Below, piece after piece: positions 1-9,569 of a DNA stretch of 64,000 nt. The stretch spans positions 32,001 to 96,000 of the forward strand of contig CAVYIM010000003.1 of NCBI GenBank assembly GCA_963768655.1. Direction: 5' to 3'. The notes below the pieces were generated by a model, which had not been told where the DNA came from, searched no databases, and saw nothing but the letters and a program-made list of their open reading frames with translations. Position 1 is the first letter of the stretch; every line of letters starts with the position of its first letter. The position numbers were made by a program, and so were the translations under genes. Source of the DNA: an uncultured Chloroflexia bacterium. Lineage in GTDB: Bacteria > Chloroflexota > Limnocylindria > Limnocylindrales > CSP1-4.

Positions 1-678
1 GGCCGCGTCCTGCTGACCGGTGGCTACAACACTGCCACGACGGGGCTCAGCAGCGCCGAGATCTACAACCCCGCGACGGGCAAGTTCACCAAGACCGGGT
101 CCATGACGACCGCTCGAGGCGAGCATGATGCCGCGCTGCTCCCGGACGGTCGGGTTCTGGTGCTGGGCGGCTTCAACAACAAGAAGGCGCTGGCAACGGC
201 CGAGATATGGGACCCCGCGACCGGCAAGTTCACCAAGACCGGCTCGATGACCGACGCACGCCAGTCGGCGATGGTCGTCACGCTGTCTGACGGCAGCGTA
301 ATGGTGGCCGGCGGCTGCGACACGGATTGCTACACGCTGGACTCCGCCGAGATCTACTCCGAAACCACGGGCACCTTCAGCGAAGCCGGGTCAATGGACG
401 ATCCACACTACTTGGGGACAATGACAGTCCTCTCGGATGGCACGGTCCTCGTCGCCGGCGGCGACAGGGGTGACACGGTCCTGGACTCGGCGGAGATCTT
501 CGATCCCGTCAGCGAGACCTTCACGCCGGTCGTCTCGTCGTTGACCGAGCCACGCGAAGATGCCGCTGCAGTCCTGCTGCCGGATGGCAGCGTTCTCATA
601 GTCGGCGGCGATGACGGCACAGTAGATCTCAGCACGGCGGAGATCTACGGCTCGATCCCGTCGAAAGTCTCCGACTAG
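1..678 (+). CDS. Kelch/galactose-oxidase-type beta-propeller repeat protein (5'-truncated by window edge)
   Basis: The frame is open from base 1 ([10 protein letters not shown]...[22 protein letters not shown]). It has repeated LPDGRVLxxGG...AEIYDP units and a TAG stop at 676-678. Confidence 0.9.
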   Translation, partial: GRVLLTGGYNTATTGLSSAEIYNPATGKFTKTGSMTTARGEHDAALLPDGRVLVLGGFNNKKALATAEIWDPATGKFTKTGSMTDARQSAMVVTLSDGSVMVAGGCDTDCYTLDSAEIYSETTGTFSEAGSMDDPHYLGTMTVLSDGTVLVAGGDRGDTVLDSAEIFDPVSETFTPVVSSLTEPREDAAAVLLPDGSVLIVGGDDGTVDLSTAEIYGSIPSKVSD

Positions 679-708
679 GAGGCGGCGATACCGGGCAGGC
701 GAACGCGC

Positions 709-836
709 CCGCTCCTGCAGCCCTGAATTGGCTCTCGCATCTGCGGCCGCCGGGGCAACACCCGGCGGCCGTTCGTTAGGGCGGCGAGCGGATCCGGACG
801 AAGCGCGAGCGTCGGACGAACGTTCGAGTCCGACGC
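709..836. other. Intergenic structured element (extended hairpin with asymmetric internal loop, plus a second hairpin)
   Basis: Nested pairings are CCGCTC 709-714/GAGCGG 786-791, GCCCTGA 720-726/TTAGGGC 776-782 and CGGCCGCCGGG 744-754/CCCGGCGGCCG 761-771. A second stem is GCGTCGGAC 809-817/GTCCGACGC 828-836. Confidence 0.4.
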
Positions 837-940
837 CGAGTCACAAGAGAGGATCGCGATCGTGCGGGGTGCGGGCGCCCGCGTGCATCCGGCAGCGCGT
901 CGCGGACTAGACTTGAAGCTCGATCGAAGAAGGGGGCCAG

Positions 941-2884
941 ATGACAGCGGACTCCGAGTCGCAGCCGGGTAAGTGCCCCGCCTGTGGGACGACACTCATC
1001 TTCCGCGGCCAGACGACGTGCCAGCACTGCGGCCAGAACGTCGCCGCTCGGGCGACCTCGACCGGACCGACGCCCAGTACCTGGGGCGGGGCGACCGCGG
1101 GGCTGACCACCACGCCCCTCGTGACCTCGGCCTCCGGCCTCCCGACCACGACCTGGGGACCCACCGGGGCCGGGACCGCCGCTGCCGGCGCGACTGCGTC
1201 AGGGGCCGCCGCACCTGGAGTCGGCCAGCCGCCGGCGCCTCCGACGCCCGCGTCCGCGCCGCTCTCCCCGCTGTCCGGGAGCCGGCCCGCCACTCCGCCG
1301 CCCGCCACTCCGCCGCCCGCCACTCCGCCGCCCGCCACTCCGCCGCCTGGCGCCCGCCAGCCCAGACCCACGTATGGCGCGCCTCCCGGCCCTCCCCCCG
1401 GGACCTACTCGCAGAGTCAGGGTGGCTGGGCCCGCGCGCCGCAGGGCCGCCCGTGGGTCGCGCCGCAGCGCAGGCGCGGTACCAACTGGGGGGCGTGGCT
1501 CGGGGCCGGGATCGTCGTGGTCGTGCTGCTGGCCGTCCTTGGCAACGTGAACACCAGCCAGACGAGCTCGTACCCGAATGACACGACCTACTACGTACCC
1601 GACGTCACGGCATTTCCTACCGAAGAAACCACGGCTCAGCCCTTCGTTCAGGCGACATTTCCGGCGGTCGATCCGCTGGTCGCGACCGGCCCGCTGAACC
1701 AGGCGCGCGGCGATGCCACGGCGACCCTGCTCCCCGACGGCCGGGTCATCGTGATCGGCGGCGCCGTCCCCGGTTCGAACCCGGGCATACCGACGGCACT
1801 GACGTCGATCGAGTCGTACGACCCCGGGACCCGCTCGTTCACGCCGGTCGGCGACCTGTCGACGGCGCGTCTGCTCCAGACCGCCACGCTCCTGCCCGAC
1901 GGAACGATCCTCGTCGCCGGCGGCGAGGACAGCAACGGCGACGCCCTCGCCTCGGCCGAGATCTACGACCCGGCGACCGGGACGTCCCATCCGACCGGCG
2001 ACATGACCGACGCCAGGTATGCCGCGTCCGCGGTCGCGCTCGACGACGGGACCGTGCTCATCGTGGGCGGCACCGACTACAACGGCCCTGTGTCGTCGGC
2101 CGAGCTGTACGACCCCTCGAGTGGAGAATTTGAATCGCTCGGGTACATGCCCTCGAGCGGTGGAGCCGTGACCGCCGTCAAGCTGAGCGACGGACGCGTG
2201 CTCGTGGCCGGCGGCGAAGACCAGGACGGCACGACGACGAGCGCGGCCCAGATCTACGATCCGACCTCAGCGGGCTTCGTGCCAGCCGACTCGATGCTCG
2301 ACGCACGCGCGGATGCGACATCGTGCCTGCTGCCCGACGGCACAGTCCTGATCGTCGGAGGCATCGATCAGGACGGACTCGTCGACACCGCGGCCGAGAT
2401 CTACGACCCCAACTCCGGTGGAACGACGGCGTCGATACCGCTTGGCGATTTCCGCAGGTTCAGCACCGAAACGGCCCTCGAAGACGGCTCGGTGCTCATC
2501 GTCGGGGGCGTCGACAACTCCGGCCGCCCGGTCGCCACCGTCGAACGGTACTTCCCGGGCTCGGCCACAACGACTCCCATCGGCACTATGGCCGAAGGGA
2601 TTTCCGGGCAGACGGCCACTCTCCTTGAAGACGGGTCTGTGCTGATCGCCGGCGGTTGGCCGTCGCAGGCGAGTGTCGCCGCCGATGCCGGCCTCTATTT
2701 CCCGAACTCGACGCCGGGTGCCTCTCCGACGGCGACATCGGCGACCTCACCGAGCCCGACGCCGGCCTCGCCTACCGGGACAGCGGCCTCGCCGAGCCCG
2801 ACGCCGGCGACCTCGCCGAGTGCGGGACCGTCCCGCTCATCGAGCCCGAGGCCGGCCGTTTCTCCGAGCGCGAAGGCGCCCTAG
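941..2884 (+). CDS. Membrane-anchored Kelch-repeat protein with N-terminal zinc ribbon and Pro-rich linker
   Basis: CPACG...CQHCG at the N-terminus, PATPP repeats, a TM helix (WLGAGIVVVVLLAVLG), about 7 Kelch repeats and a Ser/Pro/Thr-rich tail. RBS-like GAAGGGGG lies upstream of the ATG. Confidence 0.88.
   Translation: MTADSESQPGKCPACGTTLIFRGQTTCQHCGQNVAARATSTGPTPSTWGGATAGLTTTPLVTSASGLPTTTWGPTGAGTAAAGATASGAAAPGVGQPPAPPTPASAPLSPLSGSRPATPPPATPPPATPPPATPPPGARQPRPTYGAPPGPPPGTYSQSQGGWARAPQGRPWVAPQRRRGTNWGAWLGAGIVVVVLLAVLGNVNTSQTSSYPNDTTYYVPDVTAFPTEETTAQPFVQATFPAVDPLVATGPLNQARGDATATLLPDGRVIVIGGAVPGSNPGIPTALTSIESYDPGTRSFTPVGDLSTARLLQTATLLPDGTILVAGGEDSNGDALASAEIYDPATGTSHPTGDMTDARYAASAVALDDGTVLIVGGTDYNGPVSSAELYDPSSGEFESLGYMPSSGGAVTAVKLSDGRVLVAGGEDQDGTTTSAAQIYDPTSAGFVPADSMLDARADATSCLLPDGTVLIVGGIDQDGLVDTAAEIYDPNSGGTTASIPLGDFRRFSTETALEDGSVLIVGGVDNSGRPVATVERYFPGSATTTPIGTMAEGISGQTATLLEDGSVLIAGGWPSQASVAADAGLYFPNSTPGASPTATSATSPSPTPASPTGTAASPSPTPATSPSAGPSRSSSPRPAVSPSAKAP
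1285..1347 (+). repeat. Coding tandem repeat, 4 x 15 bp GCCCGCCACTCCGCC (PATPP)
   Basis: Perfect 15-bp units at 1285, 1300, 1315 and 1330. Confidence 0.9.
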
Positions 2885-2891
2885 CGGCGCC

Positions 2892-2911
2892 CCTCAGATC
2901 CGAATCTGAGG
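2892..2911 (+). terminator. Hairpin after Kelch gene (possible terminator)
   Basis: CCTCAGAT-CCGA-ATCTGAGG is a perfect 8-bp stem directly after the stop codon. It has no U-tract. Confidence 0.4.
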
Positions 2912-3124
2912 TATCGGCAGCCTTGCTGTAAGGATTCGTGCCCGCGCGCGTTAAGTATGTGTCCCTCGTGCGGGTCGGCCTACCCCGTTTCCGCACCGAA
3001 CCTTTCCCGAAGGTACCTATCCGAACGAACGGGCCGCCGGCGTCATGACCATTGTCTTATTGCGAGACGTGACCACTGCGGGAGACTTCTACGCGCATCC
3101 AAGCAGCGGTAGAGGTGCGGCGAG

Positions 3125-5539
3125 ATGACCAGCGGGAAGACTCCCCGCGAGGGGCAATCCGGCCCCGCGGGAGAGCCCGGCATCGGTGTTGCGAGCGACG
3201 GCGCGCCCGTCTCGGAACAACCGGCCGAGATTTCGGCCGAGCACGCGGGTAGCGCCGGCGAGGGCCGGCACGTGAACGCGGGTGCCGCTACCCCGCGACG
3301 CGTCATTGCCGCCGCTGCCGCAGCCGGAGCCGCCGCCTCCGGAACCGCCACGCCCGAAACCACGCGAGCCTCCTCGCCCGCCCGCGTCGAGAGCGACGCC
3401 GCCGTCGCCGCCGCTTCCGCCGCTGCCTCCGCCGCCATTGCCGCGGTCAGCGCCGCGATCGCCGCCACCGCGGCCACCAGGGCCACCGAGGCGGCCAACT
3501 CCGCGCCCAAGCCCGCTCCGGTGGCGAGGAAGAAGCAGGTGGCCGCCGCCGCAGCCGCCGCAGCAGCCGAAGCCGCCGCCGCGCCGATTGCCCACGCTGA
3601 GGCCGCCGCCGCGCCCAAGCCCGAACCGAAGCCGGCGGTTGTCGCCGCCGCGCGCAAGCCCCAGCCCAAGCCCGAATTGGCGCCGATTGCGGCCGCGTCC
3701 GCGCCCAGCCCGGCGCCCAAGCCCGAACCGAAGCCGCCGGTGGTAGCCGTCGCCGCCGAGGTCGCGGCCGCTGCTATCAAGCCCGAGACCAAGCCCGCGC
3801 CCAAGCCGCTCACCGCCGCGGCCTCGCCCAGCCCGGCGCCCAGGGCTCAACCCAAGGCGGCCGCCATCGCCGCCGAGGTCGCGGCCGCCGCGCCCAAGCC
3901 CTCGCCCAAGCCCGCGCCCAAGCTCGCGCCCAAGCTCGAACCGAAGCCGCTGGCCGCGGCCCAGGCTCTTCCTCCGGCCAAAGACCTGCCGGCCGCGCAG
4001 TCGCTGCCCGCGGTCGCGGCAGCGAGCGAGCCGAAGGTCACTTCCGCGTTCCCAGTCTTCGCCCCGCCTGCGTTCCCCGCGTTCCCCGCCGGAGCCGCCG
4101 CTAGGGCGTCTTCCGCTGCAGCCACCCAAGCGGCCGTGCCCGCGCCCGCCGCCCCCGTGGCGCCCCCGCCGCGGGCAACCCTGCAGCCGAGTCGCCCCGG
4201 CTTCGTCGGCGGCAAGCCTCCCGTCCTGCCGAGCCATCCAGGCATCACTCGATTCGAAGACCTCGAGCCGCCGGGCCGCACCGACCTGCCGCCGGCCGGG
4301 CCCGCGGATGCCGCGCCGGAACTCCACCAGTCGACCGAGCCTCTCTTCTCCAACGAGGGCATCGTCCGGCAATCGAGCGCGAACTATCGGAGCCTCTTCC
4401 AGCGTGTCGTCGGGATCATCGCCGGAGTCCTCGCCGTGCTGGCGACCGCCGGCGTGGCCCTGGCCCACAGCGCCCGCGCGCATCTGCCACTCGGCAGATC
4501 GGCCGCCGTCGCCACGCCCGAGGAGCTCCGCGGAGCATCGGTGGCCGACCTGCCGACGCCGGCTCCGGAGGTCGCCTCTTCCGACGCCGCCCCCGATGGA
4601 GTCGCCGGCTCTTCGCCGACCGGCCGTTTTGCCTCCGTCCGGCCGGCGCTTCGGGCGGGCCTCGCCCTGCTGGCCCGAGCCGTTGCGATCGCTGCCGCCG
4701 CCGTCGCCGCGGCCGTCATGTGGTCGGTCCACAAGATCAGCGGCCGCGGGGTCACGCCCCAGCTCGCCCCGGTCGAGGCCGACCTCTACCCCGCCGAGCG
4801 CAGGCGCCGCCGGGCCCCGGTCTTCTGGCTGCTCTTCGCCGGGTTCTTCGTCGCCCTCTACGGCTACCTCCTGGTTGGCGGGATGATCCTGCCCTCGATG
4901 GCGTCCTCCACCGGCGGTCCTCACGCCGACGCCACCTCGACTGCGGGCATCGCCGGCGACCCGACGGCCACGGTCGTCGTCCAGACCAGCGCCACGGCGA
5001 GTGGGACGCCCGTCGGGACGAAGACAAACCCGACCAATCCGCCCGTCGTGACCGCGCCTCCCGGTACCCCGGTCGCGACGCCACCTCCGACGCCGGCGCC
5101 GACAGCCGCCCCGACGGCGAATCCGACGCCCGTGCCGACCCCCAAGCCGACGCCCAAGCCGACCCCGAAGCCGACGCCCGTGCCGACCCCCAAGCCGACC
5201 CCCAAGCCGACGCCCATCGACTTCGTGACCTTCGTGGCTCAGGGCACGACGGTTCAGGGCAACACGGCCAACTACTCGGCGGCGCAAGGCTCGGGAGCCC
5301 TCGTGGTCATCATCGAGTCCCGAGGCACGTCGAGCTGCACGCTGTCCTCGAGTTATTCGAACTCTAGGGCCGCCACAGCGACCATCCCCGGCACGAGCTC
5401 GCAGACGGGCATCATGGTCCGAACGCCATGGGGCAGGAGTTGGCCCGCCAGCCCCACCCCGTACACCATCACCGCAAGCTGCACGTTGAACGGGTTCACC
5501 ATAACGGCTACGAAGCAGGCCTACATCACCTCTTCCTGA
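3125..5539 (+). CDS. Ala/Pro/Lys-rich membrane protein with PTPK rod and small C-terminal beta-rich domain
   Basis: 804 aa with KPEPKP/KPAPK repeats, 2-3 hydrophobic segments (e.g. [23 protein letters not shown]), PTPKPTPKP repeats and a C-terminal domain with two Cys. The start is uncertain. Confidence 0.7.
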   Translation: MTSGKTPREGQSGPAGEPGIGVASDGAPVSEQPAEISAEHAGSAGEGRHVNAGAATPRRVIAAAAAAGAAASGTATPETTRASSPARVESDAAVAAASAAASAAIAAVSAAIAATAATRATEAANSAPKPAPVARKKQVAAAAAAAAAEAAAAPIAHAEAAAAPKPEPKPAVVAAARKPQPKPELAPIAAASAPSPAPKPEPKPPVVAVAAEVAAAAIKPETKPAPKPLTAAASPSPAPRAQPKAAAIAAEVAAAAPKPSPKPAPKLAPKLEPKPLAAAQALPPAKDLPAAQSLPAVAAASEPKVTSAFPVFAPPAFPAFPAGAAARASSAAATQAAVPAPAAPVAPPPRATLQPSRPGFVGGKPPVLPSHPGITRFEDLEPPGRTDLPPAGPADAAPELHQSTEPLFSNEGIVRQSSANYRSLFQRVVGIIAGVLAVLATAGVALAHSARAHLPLGRSAAVATPEELRGASVADLPTPAPEVASSDAAPDGVAGSSPTGRFASVRPALRAGLALLARAVAIAAAAVAAAVMWSVHKISGRGVTPQLAPVEADLYPAERRRRRAPVFWLLFAGFFVALYGYLLVGGMILPSMASSTGGPHADATSTAGIAGDPTATVVVQTSATASGTPVGTKTNPTNPPVVTAPPGTPVATPPPTPAPTAAPTANPTPVPTPKPTPKPTPKPTPVPTPKPTPKPTPIDFVTFVAQGTTVQGNTANYSAAQGSGALVVIIESRGTSSCTLSSSYSNSRAATATIPGTSSQTGIMVRTPWGRSWPASPTPYTITASCTLNGFTITATKQAYITSS
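5124..5215 (+). repeat. Coding 12-bp tandem repeats (PTPK/PTPV)
   Basis: Repeated CCGACSCCSAAG/GTG units encode [31 protein letters not shown]. Confidence 0.8.
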
Positions 5540-5568
5540 TATCCCGATATCCCGCAACGCGTCCCGCA

Positions 5569-5599
5569 CCGGAAGGCCCCTCGAAAGAGGGGTCTTCGG
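5569..5599 (+). terminator. GAAA-tetraloop hairpin, possible terminator
   Basis: GAAGGCCCCTC-GAAA-GAGGGGTCTTC stem about 30 nt after the 5539 stop. Confidence 0.55.
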
Positions 5600-5703
5600 A
5601 TTCAGGGGAATTGCAGGGTCAGCTGCCAGGGTAATCGGGTGACCGGAGTCGAGTCGTTCGGACCCGGCGCCGAATCATCCGATCGAGCCTCCGAAGCGCA
5701 GCT

Positions 5704-6198
5704 ATGGCAAGAGGTTCGGGGGCCTCTTCTGAGGTTCAAGTGGAGACGCCGAACAGATCCGTCGGGACGCTCGCGGCCGAGCGCAGCCCGGCGGACGAAC
5801 TCGAAGGAACGGTCGATCCGCGGGCGAAGACCGCCGACCAGGTCGCCGGCGTGGCCCTCGTCGTGGACGACGAGCCGCTGGTGCGAACGCTCGTCTCGAC
5901 CCTGCTCCGCAATCGCGGCTGGTCGGTCATCGAGGCGGCCGACGGCCTGAGCGCGCTGGCACTGGCCCCGGAGTCGCTGGGCCTGCTGGTCACCGACTAC
6001 GAGATGCCGGCCATCACCGGCGTGACCCTGGCCGAGCAGCTTCGCCTCCGGCACGAAGGGCTGCCCGTGCTGATGGTTTCGGGCCATCCCGAGATCGCCG
6101 GCAAGCTGAGTGCCCTGCGCGGTCCGCGCACGGCCTTCGTGAGCAAGCCCTTCCCGGCGGAGGAGCTCATCTCGACAGTCCGTCTCATCACGGCCTGA
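5704..6198 (+). CDS. Single-domain response regulator (receiver only)
   Basis: ALVVDDE acidic pocket, phosphoacceptor Asp in LVTDYEMP, VLMVSG, and SKPF Lys-Pro. No output domain is present. Confidence 0.88.
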   Translation: MARGSGASSEVQVETPNRSVGTLAAERSPADELEGTVDPRAKTADQVAGVALVVDDEPLVRTLVSTLLRNRGWSVIEAADGLSALALAPESLGLLVTDYEMPAITGVTLAEQLRLRHEGLPVLMVSGHPEIAGKLSALRGPRTAFVSKPFPAEELISTVRLITA

Positions 6199-6287
6199 GA
6201 GCGCGCCGGCGGATCGGCCGCGCTACCACACAACTCCGACCTCGCTCCCGCCCCGGTCGCGATCCTCCCCCCGCGGCCGGGGCCTCT

Positions 6288-9113
6288 TCATGGAACCGGC
6301 ACGAAGTAGCCGGTCAGGTCGAAGATCAGCTGGGCCGTCGCCTTCGACGAGCCGCCCGCGAAGACGGTGCTCAGCGCCCGGCTCCCGTTGACCGGCACGA
6401 CGATTCCGTTGGCCCGCGTGTCCCCTTTCGGGAAGTTGATCGTGGAGGTGGTCGCGGGCCACGTCAGGCTCGGGGCGACCGCCACGAAACCGGACGTCGA
6501 CGGGCCGGTGATCGTCACGTTGCCGGAGACGGCCACCGTGCCGCTCGGGACGTAGCCCGCCAGAGAGAAGCTCTGGATCGAGCCGTCGGCGAGCGGCTTG
6601 GTCAGGCCCAGCGGGATCCTCGTGTCGACCGTCCTCACCGGGCTGATGGGCACGTAGGCGGCTCCGCCGGAGCCGGCGAGGTAGTAGCCGGTCACGTCGA
6701 AGATCAGCTGTGTCGTGGCGCCGGCCCCGGCCCCGTAGACCGCCTGGAGAGTGCCGCCCGCGCCGAGCTGGACGGTCACGTTGTTGGCCCGGTTGTCGCC
6801 CTTCGGGAAGTTGATCGTCGAGAAGGCGGGCGAGGCGGTCACGGTGGGGCCGAGCGAGACGTAGCCCGCTTTCGATTGGCCGGTCACCGTGAGGTTACCG
6901 GTGACCGCCACCGCGGCGGCCGGAACGGTGGCTCCGACGGCGAACGTTCGAGGCGTCCCGGCGGTGAGGGCGCCCGTCGGCCCCGAGCCATTTCGGGTGT
7001 CGAGCGCCCGGTATGGCGTCAGCGCGAAGTAGGCTGCGTGCGCGAAGTCCGGCAGGAAGTAGCCGGTGACGTCGAACACGAGCTGGGTCGTGGCGCCGGT
7101 CGAGCCGACGAAGACGGCCTCGAGCTTGCCGCCAGTCCCCAATGCGACCGTCACGCCGTTGGCTCGGGTGTCGCCCTTGGGGAAGTTGACCGTCGAGAAG
7201 CTCGGCGTGGTCGCGACCGACGGGCCGAGCGTCACGTAGCCCGCGCTGGTCTGGCCGGTCACGGTCACGTTGCCGGTCACGGCGATCACGTTGGAGGGAA
7301 TTGGCGTGAGGCCGGCCACCTTGAACAATCGAGGCGTGTGGGATTTGAAGCGGCCGGACAGACCCAGGCCGCTGCGAGTGTCGAGGAGCCGCGTCGGGGC
7401 CACGGCCACGTACGTGCCGCCGATCTGGACGACGAACATGGCCGCCGAGCTGTCGAGCTCGAGCGGGCTGCCGCCGCCGGCCGGCTCGATCGCGATCCTG
7501 ACCGTGTACGTGCCCGCGGCCGGCGCCGACCCGGCCGTCCAGTGGTCCGTGACGTTCCACTGATGGCCGGCCGTCAAGGCCACGTTGTCGTGCGACCAGT
7601 GGGTGACGAGAGTGCCCGCCGGTCCGTACAGCTCGACGTCGACCAGCACGGACCCGGTGGCAGCCGAGACGACGCCGGTCGTGATCGACTGGCTCTGGCC
7701 TTCGATCATCGTCGCCGAGCCGACCGTCGCCGAGGTCGCGTAGGTGGAGCCGGGGAGCGACAGGGCCCCGGCCGCGTAGTAGGCGTTGACCTGGTGCCGG
7801 AAGTAGCCGCCGTCGTCGTCCGCGCTGTAGGACATCGTGGTGTTGCCGTCGATCGGCGCCGGGTTGGTGATGCCGTCGCCGTCCGCGTCCGTGGCGGAGG
7901 TCGTGCCGCTCGCCCCGCCGCCGAAGAGCATGGCGATCACGCCCGCGTCTACGGCGGCGGCGAGCTGCGTGCTCGGCGCGGTTCCGAACCACGTCTCAAC
8001 GTGGTTGTCCTGGTAATGGCCCCAGGTGTCGTTCATGGCCCGCATCTTGGTGTTGCCCAGGGGGATCTGCCACAGCACCATGCGCAGGCCGACGCCGTTC
8101 ACGAAGTCGCCGACGTAGCGGTCGAAGTTGGCGTAGTCGGCCGTGCCCCACCAGCTGTTGCCGCCGTCGCCGTTGATGATCTTGTCGAAGTCCGCGTCGC
8201 GGTCGGCCGGGTCGGTGAAGACGAGGTCGAACTTCGCGCCGAGCGAACGCTGGAAGGCCGTCGAACGGGCGGCCAGGGGGTCGATGTCGGACAGCGGGAT
8301 GTGCTGCGCGATCGGGTCGGTCAGCGTGCCCCACATGCTCAGCTCATAGCCGAGCAGAACGTTGGGCGCGTACTTGTCGCGGAGCTTGATGAACGCCTGC
8401 GCGAAGCCGTCGGCGTTGTTGGCCAGGCCGGCCACGTCCGGGTCGCCGCTGCTGGCGACGGCGGCCGGGACGGTCGCGCCGCTGTCACCGCTCGAGGCCT
8501 GCTGGATGTAGCCCCACAGGTCCGGCTCGATGTCCACGACGATCGTCTGGGAGTAGGCGCCGAGGTGCTGGAACAGCAGCCGCACGTCGGCCCAGTACGA
8601 CTTCATCGTCGAGGTGTTCTTGAGGTTGTTGAGGTCGGCCTGGTTCTCGGCGCCGCCGGCCGGGCTCGACTGCAGGAGCTGGTAATAGATAAAGACGGGA
8701 GTCATGCCCTGCGCCACCGTCTCGTCGACGTAGTAGTCCGCGTACTTGGCGCCGGTGTTCCAGGTCGACCAGCCGTGCCCGGTGTTCACGCCACCGCACA
8801 GGTATGCGTAGCGGAACTTGTACGCGCCGCTGGCGTGGAGGGCGGCGGCGCCGCCGGGGTCGTCCATCAGGCCCACTTCGAGGTGGCTCGACGGCCACTT
8901 GGCGGGGATCTCCGGCAGCAGAGTGGCGACGGAGGGAGTGGGGACCGTGGCCGTGGCGGCGGCGGCGGCGGTGGTGGCGGCGGCGGCCGTGGCGGGGGCC
9001 GTGGCGCCGGAAGTGGGGGCCGAAGCCCGGGCGCCGGCGGGGGCCGCGGCGGCGAGAGCGGCAATCGTCGCGAGCGCGAGCAAGCGGCGGCGGAGCGTGG
9101 TGGTGGTAGTCAT
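6288..9113 (-). CDS. Secreted protein: putative glycoside-hydrolase-like domain, Ig-like domain and three ~125-aa C-terminal repeats
   Basis: Signal MTTTTTLRRRLLALATIAALAAA (ATG at 9113) and an Ala/Thr linker. An aromatic/acidic domain contains YKFRYAYL, DIEPDLWGY and WQIPLGN. Three repeats follow the pattern PxRxxDTR...VTGNVTVT...STxNFPKGDxRAN...FDVTGYF. Confidence 0.8.
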   Translation of the reverse strand: MTTTTTLRRRLLALATIAALAAAAPAGARASAPTSGATAPATAAAATTAAAAATATVPTPSVATLLPEIPAKWPSSHLEVGLMDDPGGAAALHASGAYKFRYAYLCGGVNTGHGWSTWNTGAKYADYYVDETVAQGMTPVFIYYQLLQSSPAGGAENQADLNNLKNTSTMKSYWADVRLLFQHLGAYSQTIVVDIEPDLWGYIQQASSGDSGATVPAAVASSGDPDVAGLANNADGFAQAFIKLRDKYAPNVLLGYELSMWGTLTDPIAQHIPLSDIDPLAARSTAFQRSLGAKFDLVFTDPADRDADFDKIINGDGGNSWWGTADYANFDRYVGDFVNGVGLRMVLWQIPLGNTKMRAMNDTWGHYQDNHVETWFGTAPSTQLAAAVDAGVIAMLFGGGASGTTSATDADGDGITNPAPIDGNTTMSYSADDDGGYFRHQVNAYYAAGALSLPGSTYATSATVGSATMIEGQSQSITTGVVSAATGSVLVDVELYGPAGTLVTHWSHDNVALTAGHQWNVTDHWTAGSAPAAGTYTVRIAIEPAGGGSPLELDSSAAMFVVQIGGTYVAVAPTRLLDTRSGLGLSGRFKSHTPRLFKVAGLTPIPSNVIAVTGNVTVTGQTSAGYVTLGPSVATTPSFSTVNFPKGDTRANGVTVALGTGGKLEAVFVGSTGATTQLVFDVTGYFLPDFAHAAYFALTPYRALDTRNGSGPTGALTAGTPRTFAVGATVPAAAVAVTGNLTVTGQSKAGYVSLGPTVTASPAFSTINFPKGDNRANNVTVQLGAGGTLQAVYGAGAGATTQLIFDVTGYYLAGSGGAAYVPISPVRTVDTRIPLGLTKPLADGSIQSFSLAGYVPSGTVAVSGNVTITGPSTSGFVAVAPSLTWPATTSTINFPKGDTRANGIVVPVNGSRALSTVFAGGSSKATAQLIFDLTGYFVPVP

Positions 9114-9569
9114 ACCCGCGAGGGTAATCGACCCCCGCACCTCCGCCTATCCGACAATCGGACCATTCGGGCCGCGGCCCGTCGTGGGCCCCTCGCCGCA
9201 GGCCCCTCGCCGGCCCCTCGCCGCCGGCCACGCCCGCTGCGTTCTTTCCGATTTCCCACCAGACGGACATTGAGCAAGCTTCAGTCACGCGACGGGCTCC
9301 GGGGAGCGTTTCGCCGGGTCTCGGAGCGGCGTTCGCAGCGCGGCCGAACGCTCGGGCGGCCTATCCGCCGCCCGAGGTCCCAGCCAGGGCCGTTGTCAGG
9401 CGACATGTGACCGTCGTTGCGAAGCCGCAGACGCGTGTCCTTGCCGAATGTCCTGGTGATGGGAATTCGGAAACCCAGGGCGGATGGCAAGGCCACGCCT
9501 CGAGCGCCACGCCGCCCTCCGGCGGCCCCTCGGGCGGCCCGGCGGCTCGACCCGCTACACTCGGCGGCG

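Noticed and set aside
3043-9410. Very long alternative-frame ORFs (e.g. 3089-5569 -, 6876-9410 +) and similar shadows throughout the window
   Set aside because: They are Arg/Gly/Pro-rich antisense or off-frame products of high-GC codon bias. They overlap better-supported genes and have no recognisable motifs.
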